The translations under genes were made by a program, and so were the position numbers. From Squalus acanthias (Eukaryota), in contig CM059425.1 of the NCBI GenBank assembly GCA_030390025.1, positions 260,710,001-260,774,000 of the forward strand: a stretch of 64,000 nt of DNA. The letters run 5' to 3'. Below, piece by piece: positions 1 through 12,869 of the stretch (positions are counted from its first letter, which is position 1; the number at the start of each line of letters is the position of its first letter). The notes under the pieces were generated by a model. The model saw only the letters and a list, made by a program, of their open reading frames with translations, did not search any database and was not told the DNA's origin.

Positions 1-270
1 CGACCCGTTCCCCCCCGAGTCGACCCGTCCCCCCCGAGTCGACCCGTCCTACCCGAGTCCACCCGTCCCCCCCGAGTCGTCCCATCCCCCCCGAGTCCAC
101 CCGTCCTACCCGAGTCCACCCGTCCTACCCGAGTCGTCCCGTCCTACCCGAGTCCACCCGTCCTACCCGAGTCGTCCCGTCCCCCGCGAGTCGACCCATC
201 CTACCCGAGTCCACCCGTCCCCCCCCCCGAGTTGTCCCCCCCCCGCCCCCCCGAGTCCATCCGTCCTACA
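1..270. repeat. GC-rich minisatellite, ~19-20 bp unit (CCCGAGTCCACCCGTCCTA / CCCGAGTCGACCCGTCCCC), truncated by the window start
   Basis: Directly visible tandem copies with variable C-runs. Confidence 0.9.
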
Positions 271-285
271 ATCTACAGGCTTTTA

Positions 286-740
286 AAGAAAGAACTTGTA
301 TTTCTGTCGCACCTTTCACAACCTCAGGATTTCACAAAACGCTTCATATACAATGAATGACTTTTGAAGTGGAGTCACTGTTGTAATGTGGGAAACATGG
401 CAGCCAATTTGCGCACAGCAAGGTGCCACAAACAGCAATGTGATAATGACCAGATAATCTGTTTTCGGTTTGAGAAATGTATATCGGCCAGGACACCTGG
501 GAGAACTCCCCTGCTCTTCTTCAATATCGTGGTCATGGGATCTGTTACGTCCACCTGAGAGAGCAGGCAGGGCCTCAATTTAAGTCTCATCCGAAAGTCG
601 GCACCTCCGACAGTGCAGCACTCCCTCAGCACTGCACTGGGGATGTCGGTCTGGATTATGTGCTCAAATCTCTGGAGTGGGACTTGAGCCCATGGTCTTC
701 AGACATTGAGGTGAGAGTGCTACCAACTGTGCCACGGATA
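286..740 (-). mobile_element. DeuSINE (SacSINE1-like) tRNA-derived SINE
   Basis: Reverse complement of the same element seen at 31741-32200 (Deu core and 3' tail). Confidence 0.75.
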
Positions 741-948
741 AGCCGCAAAACTCAAAAGCTAAGAGTTTTCCGAGAGTTTTTAAAAGCTCAGTTTGGCGTT
801 CCCCGAATCATTACTTTGTGATTCAGCTCATTTTCTCCTCTATTTTTCCAGCCTCGATGGGGTCCTGTACGATGGTCCTTTCACCTATGTTACTCCAGTC
901 AAAAAAATCCATGTTCCATATTTTCTTACATTTTTGTGTCTTTGACAG

Positions 949-1020
949 ATCCACAAGAACTTGGAAGTGGTGGTGTTTACAGTGTTGTTAATTTTAGGGA
1001 GTCACAGCAAGCTGAGACAG
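949..1020 (+). CDS. Gene P cytoplasmic exon (72 nt, phase 1-1): xPQELGSGGVYSVVNFRESQQAET
   Basis: Acceptor tttgacag, donor gtaatg; paralogous to exons at 4730 and 5772; Tyr motif GVYSVV. Confidence 0.8.
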
Positions 1021-1343
1021 GTAATGAGGCGACTCCACAAGCAACTACAACACAGCAAATAGCGCAGCGGTTAAGGAGCGGTGCTGGGACCACTGTTGCT
1101 CACAAGTTACAGAAACAATTTGGACTCGGGAATCGGAAGCACAAAAAAAATTTGCTGGAATGATATCAGAACTGAGGGGTTCTACCCATCAGGAAAGATT
1201 GAACAGGCTGGGGCTCTTTTCATTGGAAGAAAGAAGACTGGGTGGTGACCTGATACTTTAACATTGTGAAAGGGTTTGATAGGATCGTGGTAAAGGAGAT
1301 GTTTCCATTTGTGGGAGAGACAAGAACTAGGGGCCATAAATCG

Positions 1344-1750
1344 GGTATGGTAGCATAGTGGTTATGTCACTGGACTAGTAATCCAGAGGCCTAATGATCC
1401 GGAGACGTGAGTTTGAATCCCACCATGGCAGCTGGGGAATTTAAATTCAATTAAATAAATCTGGAATAAAAAGCTAGTATCAGTAATGGTGACCCTGAAA
1501 CTACCGGATTGTCATAAAAACCCATCTGGTTCACTAATGTCCTTTAGGGAAGGAAATCTGCCGTCCTTACCCGGTCTGGCCTATATGTGACTCCAGACCC
1601 ACAGCAATGTGGTTGACTCTAAACTGCCCTCTGAAAGCCACTCATGTATTCAAGAAGGGGGCTCACCACCACCACCACCTTTTCAGCGATTAGGGATGGG
1701 CAATAAATGCTGGCCTTGCCGGCGACGCCCACATCCCGTGAATGAATACA
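1344..1750 (+). mobile_element. tRNA-derived SINE sharing its 3' tail with the CR1-clade LINE fragments at 30130-30700 and elsewhere
   Basis: A/B-box-like head (GGTAGCATAGTGG...GAGTTTGAATCCC); tail GGGATGGGCAATAAATGCTGGCCTTGCC; inserted in a CR1 fragment. Confidence 0.65.
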
Positions 1751-2622
1751 AAAATATAAATAAGAGATAGTCACTAATAAATCCAATCGGGAATTCAGGA
1801 GAGTCTTCTGTACCTTAACTCCATTCACCCGCCTTAGTTCCAGATCTCTTGATACCCTGACCAAACAGAAATCTAGCAATCTCAGTCTGGAAAGCTCCAG
1901 CTGTCCCAGCATCCACAGCCTCATTGGGGCCAGAATTCCAGATTTCCACTCCCCATTGTGTGGAAACGTGCTTCCTGATTTCCCTCCTAAATGGTCTAGC
2001 CATCATTTTCAGATTATATACTCGCGTTCTTGACTCCCCCATCAGTGGAAATTGTTCCTCTGTATCTATCCTATTGAATCCCTTCATCATTTCAAGCACC
2101 TTGATGAGGTCACTCCTCAACCTTCTATAGTCAAGGGAATAAAAACCACCTTTATACAAGTTGTCCTCGTAATTTAACCCTCTAATCCCCAGTATCATTC
2201 TGGTGAATCTGCGCTGCTCCCCCTCCAAGGGCCAGTATATCCTTCCTGAGGTGCGGTGCCCAGGACTGAACGAGTGCTCCAGATTCCATTAACCATTGTG
2301 TGATGGCTTTTTGTTCCTGTCTACTAGCTTTAACTAATGAAACAGCAAAGAATATAGCAATTTCCAACAATACGGATCTCTGCGCTCCTCCAATTCTGGC
2401 CTCTTGCGCATCCCCGAAATTCATCGCTGCACCATTGGCGGCCGTGCCTTCAGCTGCCTCGGCCCAGAATTCCCTCCCAAAACCTCTCCGCCTCTCTCCT
2501 CCTTGAAGATGCTCCTTAAAACCTGCATGTCTGACCAATTTTCTAATTTCTCCTTATGTGGCTCGGTGTCAAATTTTGTTTGATAATCGCTCCTGTGAAG
2601 CGCCTTGGGACGTTTTACTACA

Positions 2623-4603
2623 TTAACATAAGAAATAGGGGCAGGAATAGGCCACTTGGCCCCTCGAGCCTGCTCCGCCATTCAATAAGATCATGGCTGA
2701 TCTAGGGCTCAAAGCCACTCCGCCGCCCGCTCCCAAACCCTTCACTCCCTTATCTTGCAAAAATCTGTCTATCTCCACCTTAAATGTATTTAATGACCCA
2801 GCCTCCACAACTCTCTGGGGCAGAGAATTCCACAGGTTTACGACCCTCTGAGAGAAGAAATTCCTCCTCATCTCAGTTCTAAAAGGGCGACCCTTTATTC
2901 TAAAACTGTGACCCCGCGTTCTAGATTTCCCCACGAGGGGAAACATCCTCTCTGCATCTACCTTGTCGAGCCCCCTCAGTATCTTATATGTTTCAATAAG
3001 ATCCCCTCTCATTCTTCTAAATTCCAATGATTATAGGCCCAGCCTGCTCAACCTTTCCTCATAAGTCAACCCCCTCATCTCTGGAATTAACCTAGTGAAT
3101 CGTCTCTGAACTGCCTCCAATGCAAGTATATCCTTCCTTAAATAAGGAGACCAAAACTGTACGCAGTACTCAAGGTGTGGTCTCACCAATACCCTGTACA
3201 GTTGTAGCAGGACTTCCCAGCTTTTATACTCCAACCCCTTTGAAATAAAGGCCATCATTCCATTTGCCTTTTTTATTACTTGCTGTACCTGCATGCTAAC
3301 TTTTTGTGTTTCATGCACAAGGACCCCCAGGTCCCTCTGAACTGTAGCATTTTGTAATCTCTCTCCATTTAAATAATAATTTGCTTTTTAATTTTTCCTG
3401 CCAAAGTGTATAACCTCGCACTTTGCCACATTATACTCCATCTGCCAAATGTTTGCCCACTCACTTAGCCTGTCTAAATCCCTTTGCAGGTTCTTTGAGT
3501 CCTCTGCACAACTTGCTTTCCCACCCATTTTTATCATCCGCAAACTTGGCTACATTATACTCGGTCCCTTTATCCAAGTCATTGGGCCAAAAATTCGGCC
3601 CTTCCCGGGTGAGTACGCGCTCTGTACTCACCCGTATTGCTTCCCGAAGTGCCGGTTTCCTACATGCACTGCGCATGTGCAGGAAACCGGAACTTCCGGT
3701 ATGGTGAAGGGGGCGGTTCCTAGGTGAACTGCGTGCGCGGTAGAGGCTGCGCGCACGCAGCAAACTTAGATTTTTTTTCAGGTTTCTACGCGAGGGTAAG
3801 TATTGAAGAACCTGCGCTTTTAAAAAGGAGGCGCAAGACCCGTTTTCAACAAGGTAAGTGGTTAATTAAGTATAATTTTAAATTTTTTTCAACAGGTTTA
3901 TCTTTTTTAGATACTTTAAAGAAAGATAAGTTTATTTTTATCACTTTTAAAAAGTATTTTAATTTTTTCAAAAATTTAAATTTTTGTTTAAAGTGGTTAA
4001 TTTATTTAACTATAGTTATTTTATAAATGTGATGGTTTTTTAAAAAAATTTATTTTAAGTTTAGCTGTTCTTTTGGGGCTGATTTCAATTCACAGATTTG
4101 ACAGGTCAAATCTATGAATGAAAGATGGTCTGCTGCCATTGGCTCTCCATGGCTCACGTGATCCCAGGGGACGCATCGCACTAACTGCGCCCCTGGGACA
4201 CGCAAGCACTGCACGCCGGCAGTTGGGAGAGGCCCAGGAGCTGAAGTTCCCGTGGGCCCAAAACACAACGGCAGGCGCGGTAGGTAAGAGCGCGTGCGAT
4301 CCTTACCCCCGCGGCAAGCCGGAGAGGCGAATTTCTGGGCCATTGATGTAGATTGTAAATAGTTGAGGCCCCAGCACCGATCCCTGTGGCACTCCGGAAA
4401 ATGACCCATTTATCCCGACTCTCTGCTTTCTGTTAGTTAGCCAGTTCTCTATCCATGCTAATATATTACTCCCAATTCCGTGAGCTCTTATCTTATGCAG
4501 TAACCTTTTATGTGGCACCTTATCGAATGCCTTCTGGAAATCCAAATACACCACATCCACTGGCTCACCATTATCCACCCTGCTCGTTACATCCTCAAAG
4601 AAC
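2623..4603 (-). mobile_element. CR1/HER1-like LINE 3' part (RT C-terminus and tail), split by a MITE
   Basis: Peptides VYLDFQKAFDKVPH, GVPQGSVLGPQLF, KFADD, LVRPHLEYCVQFWSP; frameshifted. Confidence 0.9.
3584..4341. mobile_element. Harbinger-type MITE (758 bp)
   Basis: TIRs GGGCCAAAAATTCG / CGAATTTCTGGGCC; 3-bp TSD ATT (3581-3583, 4342-4344); CR1 sequence rejoins when it is removed. Confidence 0.85.
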
Positions 4604-4729
4604 TAAGAACGTTAAGGCACAATATAAATACACGTTGTTGTTGAATTCATTATTATTATACCATTAAATTGCATCAAAGTTTTGCCGATGAGGATGTAAG
4701 AAGTTAGTAACTGCCTGTGTCCTTTACAG

Positions 4730-4801
4730 ATCCACAGGAGTCTGAGAGTCTCCCTGTCTACAGCACTGTTAAATGTCTAAGACCCCACCAAGCAGTGACA
4801 G
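4730..4801 (+). CDS. Gene P cytoplasmic exon (72 nt, phase 1-1): DPQESESLPVYSTVKCLRPHQAVT
   Basis: Acceptor cctttacag, donor gtaagg; same length and phase as its paralogs; not in the ORF track. Confidence 0.8.
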
Positions 4802-5222
4802 GTAAGGAATGGTGAATACAGAGCAAGCAGCAAAAAGCTAGCAGCCAAACATGATTCTTACCTTGAATTAAAGAGTAAACCTTTCACATATCTACAATTG
4901 GCATGACAGCGTGCCTTTTATAGACTGGCAGTGTACGGGGCTACCCATAGTGGTGATATGTGGAACACACATGACCTCCCACTCACCCTGCACACTCCGG
5001 TGGGGGTCAGTGGCAGAGGTCACCGACGGGAGCGATCCCGGTGAAATTGCGGGGATCAAATCCTGGAGAAATTCTGCCCCATCTCCCAAGTTTGCTTTAA
5101 AAACACAAAATCCTGACTCTTTGTCTTAAAAGGTCATTGCTGAGCACATTTTGTTGCTCTTGTGTTAAATGGCCTTCGGGTTGATCAGACAATGGGATTG
5201 TCCTGACTGGGATCTAGCCTGT

Positions 5223-5657
5223 CATAGAAACATGGAGCAGGAGTAGGCCATTCGGCCCGTCGAGCCTACTCCACCATTCAATACGATCATGGCTGATCAT
5301 CCAATTCCAGTACCCTATCCCTGCTTTCTCACACAGAATCCCCACATCGAGCCTGCACCTATCCCACCCTATCCCCGTAACCCCACGTATTTAATTCCCC
5401 CTAACATATCCCATCCTATCCCCATAACCCCACATATTTAATCCCCCCTAACACTAAGGGTCAATTTATCATAGCCAAATCAACCTAACCCGCACATTTT
5501 TGGACTGTGGGAGGAAACCGGAGCACCCGGAGGAAACCCACGCAGACACGGGGAGAATGTGCAAACTCCACACAGACAGTCACCCGAGGTCAGATTCGAA
5601 CCTGGGTCCCTGGCGCTGTGAGGCACCAGTGCTAACCACTATGCCACTGTGTTGCCC
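5223..5657 (-). mobile_element. HE1-like V-SINE
   Basis: tRNA head, V-domain (GTTTGCACATTCTCCCCGTGTCTGCGTGGGTTTCC) and CR1-like tail on the minus strand. Confidence 0.85.
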
Positions 5658-5771
5658 ATGTCATGTAATCATCAGTTCAATGGAACAGATTGTCAGTAAC
5701 AGGGAGCATTTGGTTTCTTAATTCTATTGTCTATGACGCAGCTATGGAGATAATGGATTGTGTCTTGATAG

Positions 5772-5843
5772 ATGCGCAGGAGGGAGAAGCTGCTCTCTAT
5801 AGCACTGTCAACAAACCCAAACCACCTCAAGCAGAACAGACGG
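5772..5843 (+). CDS. Gene P cytoplasmic exon (72 nt, phase 1-1): DAQEGEAALYSTVNKPKPPQAEQT
   Basis: Acceptor tcttgatag, donor gtaaga; paralog of the 949 and 4730 exons. Confidence 0.8.
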
Positions 5844-6140
5844 GTAAGACAACAAGAATGGCCCTTGAACGTTCTTCCATTGTGCCATCACTCAGTGTTG
5901 GTCAATTACAGCCTAGTACATGGAATGAATGAGGGGTTGGATTATGAGGAGTGATGATGTAAATGGGGCAAGTTCTCACTGGGACAGAGAAGGTTGAGGG
6001 GTGATACAATTCCTCATTTTAGATTTCTGAAGGAAGTAGATACCGTGACGAGCTGTTTCACCGTGTCCAGAACAGTCGACCCAGAGGACACGGCCTGAGC
6101 TTCAATGGGGGTAAATTCAAAACTAATCTGAGGAAACAAT

Positions 6141-8623
6141 GGCCCCGATAGTTATGGGGTGGGGGGGAGGCTGAACACAGCTGAAGAACCCGGCAAGGCC
6201 GGGGACAGAGGTCCTGCTGAATTTATTGGCAGCTCCTCATTCTCATTTTTTTGTTCTATTTCCAACCCAGATTCCGAGCGAGAGATCGAGACTGGGGGAA
6301 AGAGAAAGGGGCTGGGGGAGAGAGAGAGGCCATTGGGACTGGGGGGGGGGGGGGGAGAGAGAGAGAGAGAGAGAGAGAGGCCATTGGGACTGGTGGGGGA
6401 AAAGAGAGAGAGGGGCCATTGGGACTGGGGGCGAGAGAGAGAGAGGACATTGGGACTGGGGGAGAGAGATAGAGAGAGGCCATTGGGACTGGGGGGGGGG
6501 GGAGAGAGAGAGAGAGAGGCCATTGGGACGGGGGGAAGAGAGATAGAGAGAGGCCATTGGGACTGGGGGGGGGGAGAGAGAGAGAGGCCATTGGGACTGG
6601 GGGGGGGGAGAGAGAGAGAGGCCATTGGGACTGGGGGTGAGAGAGAGAGAGGCCATTGGGACTGGGGGGGAGAGAGAGATAGAGAGAGGCCATTGGGACT
6701 GGGGGGAGGGGGAGAGATAGAGAGAGGCCATTGGGACTGGGGGGGGGGAGAGAGATAGAGAGAGGCCATTGGGACTGGGGGGGGGGGAGAGAGAGAGAGG
6801 CCATTGGGACAGGGGGGGAGAGAGAGAGAGGCCATTGGGACTGGGGGGTGTGGAGAGAGAGAGAGAGAGGCCATTGGGACTGGGGGGGGAGAGAGAGAGA
6901 GGCCATTGGGACAGGGGGGGAGAGAGAGAGAGGCCATTGGGACTGGGGGGCGGGGAGAGAGAGAGAGACAGAGGCCATTGGGACTGGGGGGCGGGGAGAG
7001 AGAGAGAGAGAGGCCATTGGGACTGGGGGGGGGAGAGAGAGAGAGGCCATTGGGACAGGGGGGGAGAGAGAGAGAGGCCATTGGGACTGGGGGGTGTGGA
7101 GAGAGAGAGAGGCCATTGGGACTGGGGGAGAGAGAGANNNNNNNNNNNNNNNNNNNNNNNNNNNNNNNNNNNNNNNNNNNNNNNNNNNNNNNNNNNNNNN
7201 NNNNNNNNNNNNNNNNNNNNNNNNNNNNNNNNNNNNNNNNNNNNNNNNNNNNNNNNNNNNNNNNNNNNNNNNNNNNNNNNNNNNNNNNNNNNNNNGGAGA
7301 GAGAGGCCATTGGGACTGGGGGGGTGGGGGAGAGAGAGAGAGAGAGAGAGAGAGGCCATTGGGACTGGGGGGGGGAGAGAGAGGCCATTGGGACCGGGGG
7401 GGGGGGAGAGAGAGAGGCGCCATTGGGACTGGGGGGGGAGAGAGAGTGGCCAATGGGACGGGGGGGAGAGAGAGAGGCCATTGGGACTGGGGGGGGGAGA
7501 GAGATGCCATTGGGACTGGGGGGGGAGGAGAGAGAGGCCATTGGGACTGGGGGGGGAGGAGAGAGAGAGGCTATTGGGACTGGGGGGGGGGGGGAGAGAG
7601 AGAGGCCATTGGGACTGGGGGGGTGGAGAGAGAGAGGCCATTGGGACTGGGGGGGGAGAGAGATGCCATTGGGACTGGGGGGGGAGGAGAGAGAGAGGCT
7701 ATTGGGACTGGGGGGGAGAGAGAGGCTATTGGGACTGGGGGGGGAGAGAGAGGCCATTGGGACTGGGGGGGGGAGAGAGAGAGGCCATTGGGACTGGGGG
7801 GGAGAGAGAGAGAGGCCATTGGGACTGGGGGGGGGAGAGAGAGAGAGGCCATTGGGACTGGGGAGAGTGAGAGAAGCCATTGGGACTGGGGGGGAGAGAG
7901 GCCATTGGGACTGGGGGGGAGAGAGAGAGGCCATTGGGACTGGGGGGGAGAGAGAGAGGCCATTGGGACTGGGGGAGAGAGAGAGAGGCCATCGGGACTG
8001 GGGGAGAGAGGGCATTGGGACTGGGGGGGGGAGAGAGAGAGGCCATTGGGACTGGGGGGGAGAGAGAGAGAGGCCATTGGGACTGGGGGGGAGAGAGAGA
8101 GAGGCCATTGGGACTGGGGAGAGTGAGAGAAGCCATTGGGACTGGGGGAGAGAGAGAGAGGCCATTGGGACTGGGGGGGAGAGAGGCCATTGGGACTGGG
8201 GGTGAGAGAGAGAGGCCATTGGGTCTGTGGGGGAGAGAGAGGCCATTGGGACTGGGGGAGAGAGAGAGAGGCCATTGGGACTGTGGGGGAGAGTGAGAGG
8301 CCATTGGGACTGGGGGGGAGAGAGGCCATTGGGACTGGGGGAGAGAGAGAGAGGCCATTGGGACTGGGGGGGAGAGAGGCCATTGGGACTGGGGGGGAGA
8401 GANNNNNNNNNNNNNNNNNNNNNNNNNNNNNNNNNNNNNNNNNNNNNNNNNNNNNNNNNNNNNNNNNNNNNNNNNNNNNNNNNNNNNNNNNNNNNNNNNN
8501 NNNNNNNNNNNNNNNNNNNNNNNNNNNNNNNNNNNNNNNNNNNNNNNNNNNNNNNNNNNNNNNNNNNNNNNNNNNNNNNNNNNNNGGGGGGGGAGAGAGA
8601 GGCCATTGGGACTGGGGGGGTGG

Positions 8624-8654
<31 letters not shown>

Positions 8655-10218
8655 GCCATTGGGACTGGGGGGGGAGAGAGAGGCCATTGGGACCGGGGGT
8701 GGGGGGAGAGAGAGAGGCGCCATTGGGACTGGGGGGGGAGAGAGAGTGGCCAATGGGACGGGGGGGAGAGAGAGAGGCCATTGGGACTGGGGGGGGGGGA
8801 GAGAGATGCCATTGGGACTGGGGGGGGAGGAGAGAGAGGCCATTGGGACTGGGGGGGGGAGAGAGATGCCATTGGGACTGGGGGGGGAGGAGAGAGAGGC
8901 CATTGGGACTGGGGGGGGAGGAGAGAGAGAGGCTATTGGGACTGGGGGGGGAGAGAGAGGCTATTGGGACTGGGGGGGGAGAGAGAGGCTATTGGGACTG
9001 GGGGGGAGAGAGAGGCCATTGGGACTGGGGGGGGGAGAGAGAGAGGCCATTGGGACTGGGGGGTGGAGAGAGAGAGGCCATTGGGACTGGGGGGGGAGAG
9101 AGATGCCATTGGCACTGGGGGGGGAGGAGAGAGAGAGGCTATTGGGACTGGGGGGGAGAGAGAGGCTATTGGGACTGGGGGGGGAGAGAGAGGCCATTGG
9201 GACTGGGGGGGGGGAGAGAGAGAGGCCATTGGGACTGGGGGGGAGAGAGAGAGAGGCCATTGGGACTGGGGGGGAGAGAGAGAGAGGCCATTGGGACTGG
9301 GGGGGAGAGAGGCCATTGGGACTGGGGGGGAGAGAGAGAGAAGCCATTGGGACTGGGGGGGAGAGAGGCCATTGGGACTGGGGGGGAGAGAGAGAGGCCA
9401 TTGGGACTGTGGGGGAGAGTGAGAGGCCATTGGGACTGGGGGGGAGAGAGGCCATTGGGACTGGGGGAGAGAGAGAGAGGCCATTGGGACTGGGGGGGAG
9501 AGAGGCCATTGGGACTGGGGGAGAGAGAGAGGCCATTGGGANNNNNNNNNNNNNNNNNNNNNNNNNNNNNNNNNNNNNNNNNNNNNNNNNNNNNNNNNNN
9601 NNNNNNNNNNNNNNNNNNNNNNNNNNNNNNNNNNNNNNNNNNNNNNNNNNNNNNNNNNNNNNNNNNNNNNNNNNNNNNNNNNNNNNAGAGAGAGAGAGGC
9701 CATTGGGACTGGGGGGGGGGAGAGAGAGAGAGAGAGGCCATTGGGACTGGGGGGGAGAGAGGCCATTGGGACTGGGGGGGAGAGAGAGAGAGGCCATTGG
9801 GACTGGGGGGGGAGAGAGGTCGGCAGGGAGGAGGAGGTGCCCTCGATCGTCGGGGGAGGCCAAAGGCTTCCTTGTGGGGGCGGGGGGAGCGGGGAGCACT
9901 CCTGCTCCTCCTGGCCCACAAGCAGTGCTGTAAAAGTCACTTGCCCTGTGGGGCCGGTAGATCCCGCCTCCCTTTCACTGCCGGGTTTCCCAACCCCCGG
10001 GAACCCCACGCCGCAGCTGTGAGTTTTAAATCGGGCTCCCAATTGCGGTGAGAGCCGGATTTAAATATGTTAATGAAGGTGACCCGCCTCCCCGCGGCGG
10101 GACACTTGGACGCACCAATATCCGCTGCCGTGCGTGACGTGCTGCGGGGGCGTTCCCCGTATTAGACTCTGCCCCCGACCCCCTCCCACCTGTCGTGGGG
10201 GGGGTTAATATCGAGGCC
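6141..10218. mobile_element. Harbinger-type non-autonomous element inflated by an internal minisatellite
   Basis: TIRs GGCCCCGATAGTTA / TTAATATCGAGGCC; TSD AAT (6138-6140, 10219-10221); interrupts a CR1-like tail. Confidence 0.8.
6290..9818. repeat. G-rich minisatellite, unit (GA)n-GGCCATTGGGACT-(G)n, ~27-40 bp; contains three N runs
   Basis: Directly visible; accounts for all the long low-complexity ORFs here. Confidence 0.95.
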
Positions 10219-10621
10219 AATATTTCAGTGAGCGAGCAGCCAATCCATGGAACAGGTTCCCTCGGGAGACGATGGAAGCGGTTAGTGTTGCTTCATTGAA
10301 ATACAAATTAGATGGATTTCTGACAGAAAATGATATTTTGGGATGCAGTATGTGAGTAATTTGAGAGGTGACGTGTGGTGAGTGTAGCAAGCTCGGGAGG
10401 AACAGGTGACTTGGCACCGATGGTTTCCGATACTCCGATACTGTTATAACTAAAGCCTCCAAAGAATTATTTTTTTGAAGAAGTGTTTTTGAATGCCCCG
10501 GTGATCGGTCTCCTGAGTTTCTTGCAGTGATGTCCTGGAGATTAGTTTCTCATTCCTGGAGACTCCCGGACAATGCTGGAGGGTTGGCAAGCCTCGTCTA
10601 CAGAGACAGGAACCTACCCCT

Positions 10622-11008
10622 ATCTCATTGAAACGTATAAAATTTTGACAGGGCTAGACAGACTGGATGCAGGGAGGATGTTTCCCCTGGCTGGGGGGGT
10701 CTAGAACGAGGGGTCATAGTCTCAGGATACGGGGTAGGACATTTAGGACTGAGATGAGGAGAAATTTCTTCACTCAGAGGGTGGTGAACCTGTGGAATTC
10801 TCTAGCACAGAAGGCTGTGGAGGCCAAGTCACTGAATATATTTAAGAAGGAGATAGATAGATTTCTGGACACAAAAGGCATCAAGGGGTATGGGGAGAGA
10901 GCGGGAATATGGTATTGAGATAGAGGATCAGCCATGATCATATTGAATGGCGGAGCAGGCTCGAAGGGCCGAATGGCCTACTCCTGCTCCTATTTTTCTA
11001 TGTTTCTA
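10622..11008 (+). mobile_element. CR1/HER1 3' end
   Basis: [35 protein letters not shown] plus tail. Confidence 0.85.
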
Positions 11009-11861
11009 TAGAAAGAAAGACTTGCATTTCGACAGCGCCTATCACGTCCTCAGGATGTCCCAAAGCGCTTGACAGCCAATGGAGTGCTTTTTGAAGTGCG
11101 GTCACTGTTGTAATGTAGGGAGTCCACGGCTCCAGGATTTGTGGTGTGGTCATGGGGAGGTTAAAGTGGAGGCTGAAAGTTCTGATCCACCGCACTCCCA
11201 ATGGCCCAGTGTGAGGCTGGGATTCCTAGGCTTGTGCGCTCAAGTGCTGGAGCAGGACTTGAACCTACAATCTTCTCCCTCAACAACAACAACTTGCATT
11301 TATATAGCGCCTTTAATGTAGTAAAACATCCCAAGACGCTTCACAGGAGCGTTATCAAACACAATTTGACACCAAGCCACATAATGCTAAAGGCACGGCC
11401 ACCAATGGTGGAGCGATTAAAATCGGGGATGCTCATGAGGCCAGAATTGGAGGAGCGCAGATATCTCGTGGAGTTGTGGGGCTGGAGGAGATTACAGAGA
11501 TGGGGAGGGGGCGAGGCCATGGAGGGATTTGAACACACGGATGAGAATTCTAAAATCGAGGATTTGCTCACGGGGCAAGTGTGCTACCCACCCAAGTGAA
11601 GGCTGCAAATGACACTCCACCACATTGTCCCAGGATGTTTTCTGGGTTTTTACACGGCGGTGAACCTGTACAAAGGGAGACCTGTCAGCTCAACATCTCT
11701 TCCTGAATGAGTTCAAACTCCTTGCTCTGTCAGTCCCAGCTTCCACATAGCGCCAGTGACCTTGTCTAGCAATAAAGGGGCCGAGGATCGAACAATTATC
11801 GAACACATGTTTGAATTTGAGTGCTAGCTTACTTTCAGCAATGGATCAATTAAAGAACAAT

Positions 11862-12618
11862 GGGCTCGAAATTGGCCTCCTTTGCTGCTCCCGATATTGC
11901 CTCCGGGGGGCGATAACGGGACGATAACGACTTACCGACCGGGCGCGGCGAGAGAAACGACACCGGCAAAATCCAATAGGTGGGTAGCGCCGGCGGTAAA
12001 ACTTACCGCCTCGACCTCCTACGCCCCGGAGATCGTGACGTCGTCCGTCGCACAGCGCCCCGTTACCGCCCCGGATCCTAAATTCGCTTCCGCCCCCTGC
12101 AGCTTCGCCGGGCATCAACAACGGCAGCCGTAGGAGGCGTCGTGACTGCGGCCGGCCGCTTTGGGAGCGCTAATTAAAGGGATTGGTGGTCGGGTCGGCC
12201 CTAAGAAAAAAACATTTTCTCCCCTCTTTGTGCTGTTCCTTTAAATTTTTCATCGCCGCGATTGAGCGGCCCTCCGCTCTCTGAGTGCTTGGGGCTGCTC
12301 CTCGCGGATCACGGGAACCATCACCGACCCAATCCCCGGCCTTCCCTTTAACTGCTGTGAGCATCGGCCCTTCCCTTCAAGGGAGGGAATCCGCCGGCGC
12401 TGCACGGTACGTTGATCAGCGCTCCGCCCATCCCGCCCCTCTCACTCCCTTTAGCGCGCTAAGGGAAGTGGTTGGCGCTTGATTTAAGCGCTCCGCTTCC
12501 CTCTTGAAGCGCTGCAACTGGATTTCGCGGGAGCTTCTCATCATTAGCGCCTGGGGATCATTTTTCCGCTCCCGAAGTTTTAGTGTCCCAAACGGGGGCT
12601 GCAATGAATTTCTTCCCC
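11862..12618. mobile_element. GC-rich Harbinger-type MITE (boundaries approximate)
   Basis: Starts AAT-GGGCTCGAAATT and ends GAATTTCTTCCCC; CpG-rich interior; right TSD not clear. Confidence 0.5.
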
Positions 12619-12825
12619 CTCCCCCATTGTGTTTACAATAGTTGGGTGTCAGCTGTCCTCACTTACAGTTACAACCAAGAGCCGTAGCCAAGCAGATCCG
12701 ACTATACCTGTTCAATAGTCCATAAGATTCTGAAAGCTTTCCTCTCAATTGTTCTGCAACAAAGCTGCAGAATCTCAGAAAACAGAACGCATAAAAATCC
12801 TAAATCACAACCGTTTCTTTTTCAG

Positions 12826-12869
12826 CTGTAATTTACGCGACTATCATCAAGTCCACCAAACAGCTGTAA
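12826..12869 (+). CDS. Gene P last coding exon: AVIYATIIKSTKQL* (canonical ITIM VIYATI)
   Basis: Acceptor tttctttttcag; phase 1 matches the upstream exon; TAA at 12867-12869; donor gtgagt at 12873. Confidence 0.75.

Noticed and set aside
852-866. Possible micro-exon or alternative acceptor of gene P after a strong polypyrimidine tract
   Set aside because: Donor is ambiguous and the upstream phase is unknown; cannot be supported without cDNA
2328-2375. Exon-like segment (LTNETAKNIAISNNT) with a good acceptor
   Set aside because: No GT donor; it runs directly into an L2 fragment
6152-10051. Very long Pro/Ser- or Gly/Glu/Arg-rich ORFs (up to 886 aa)
   Set aside because: Translations of the minisatellite and N runs in all six frames; no domain or splice support
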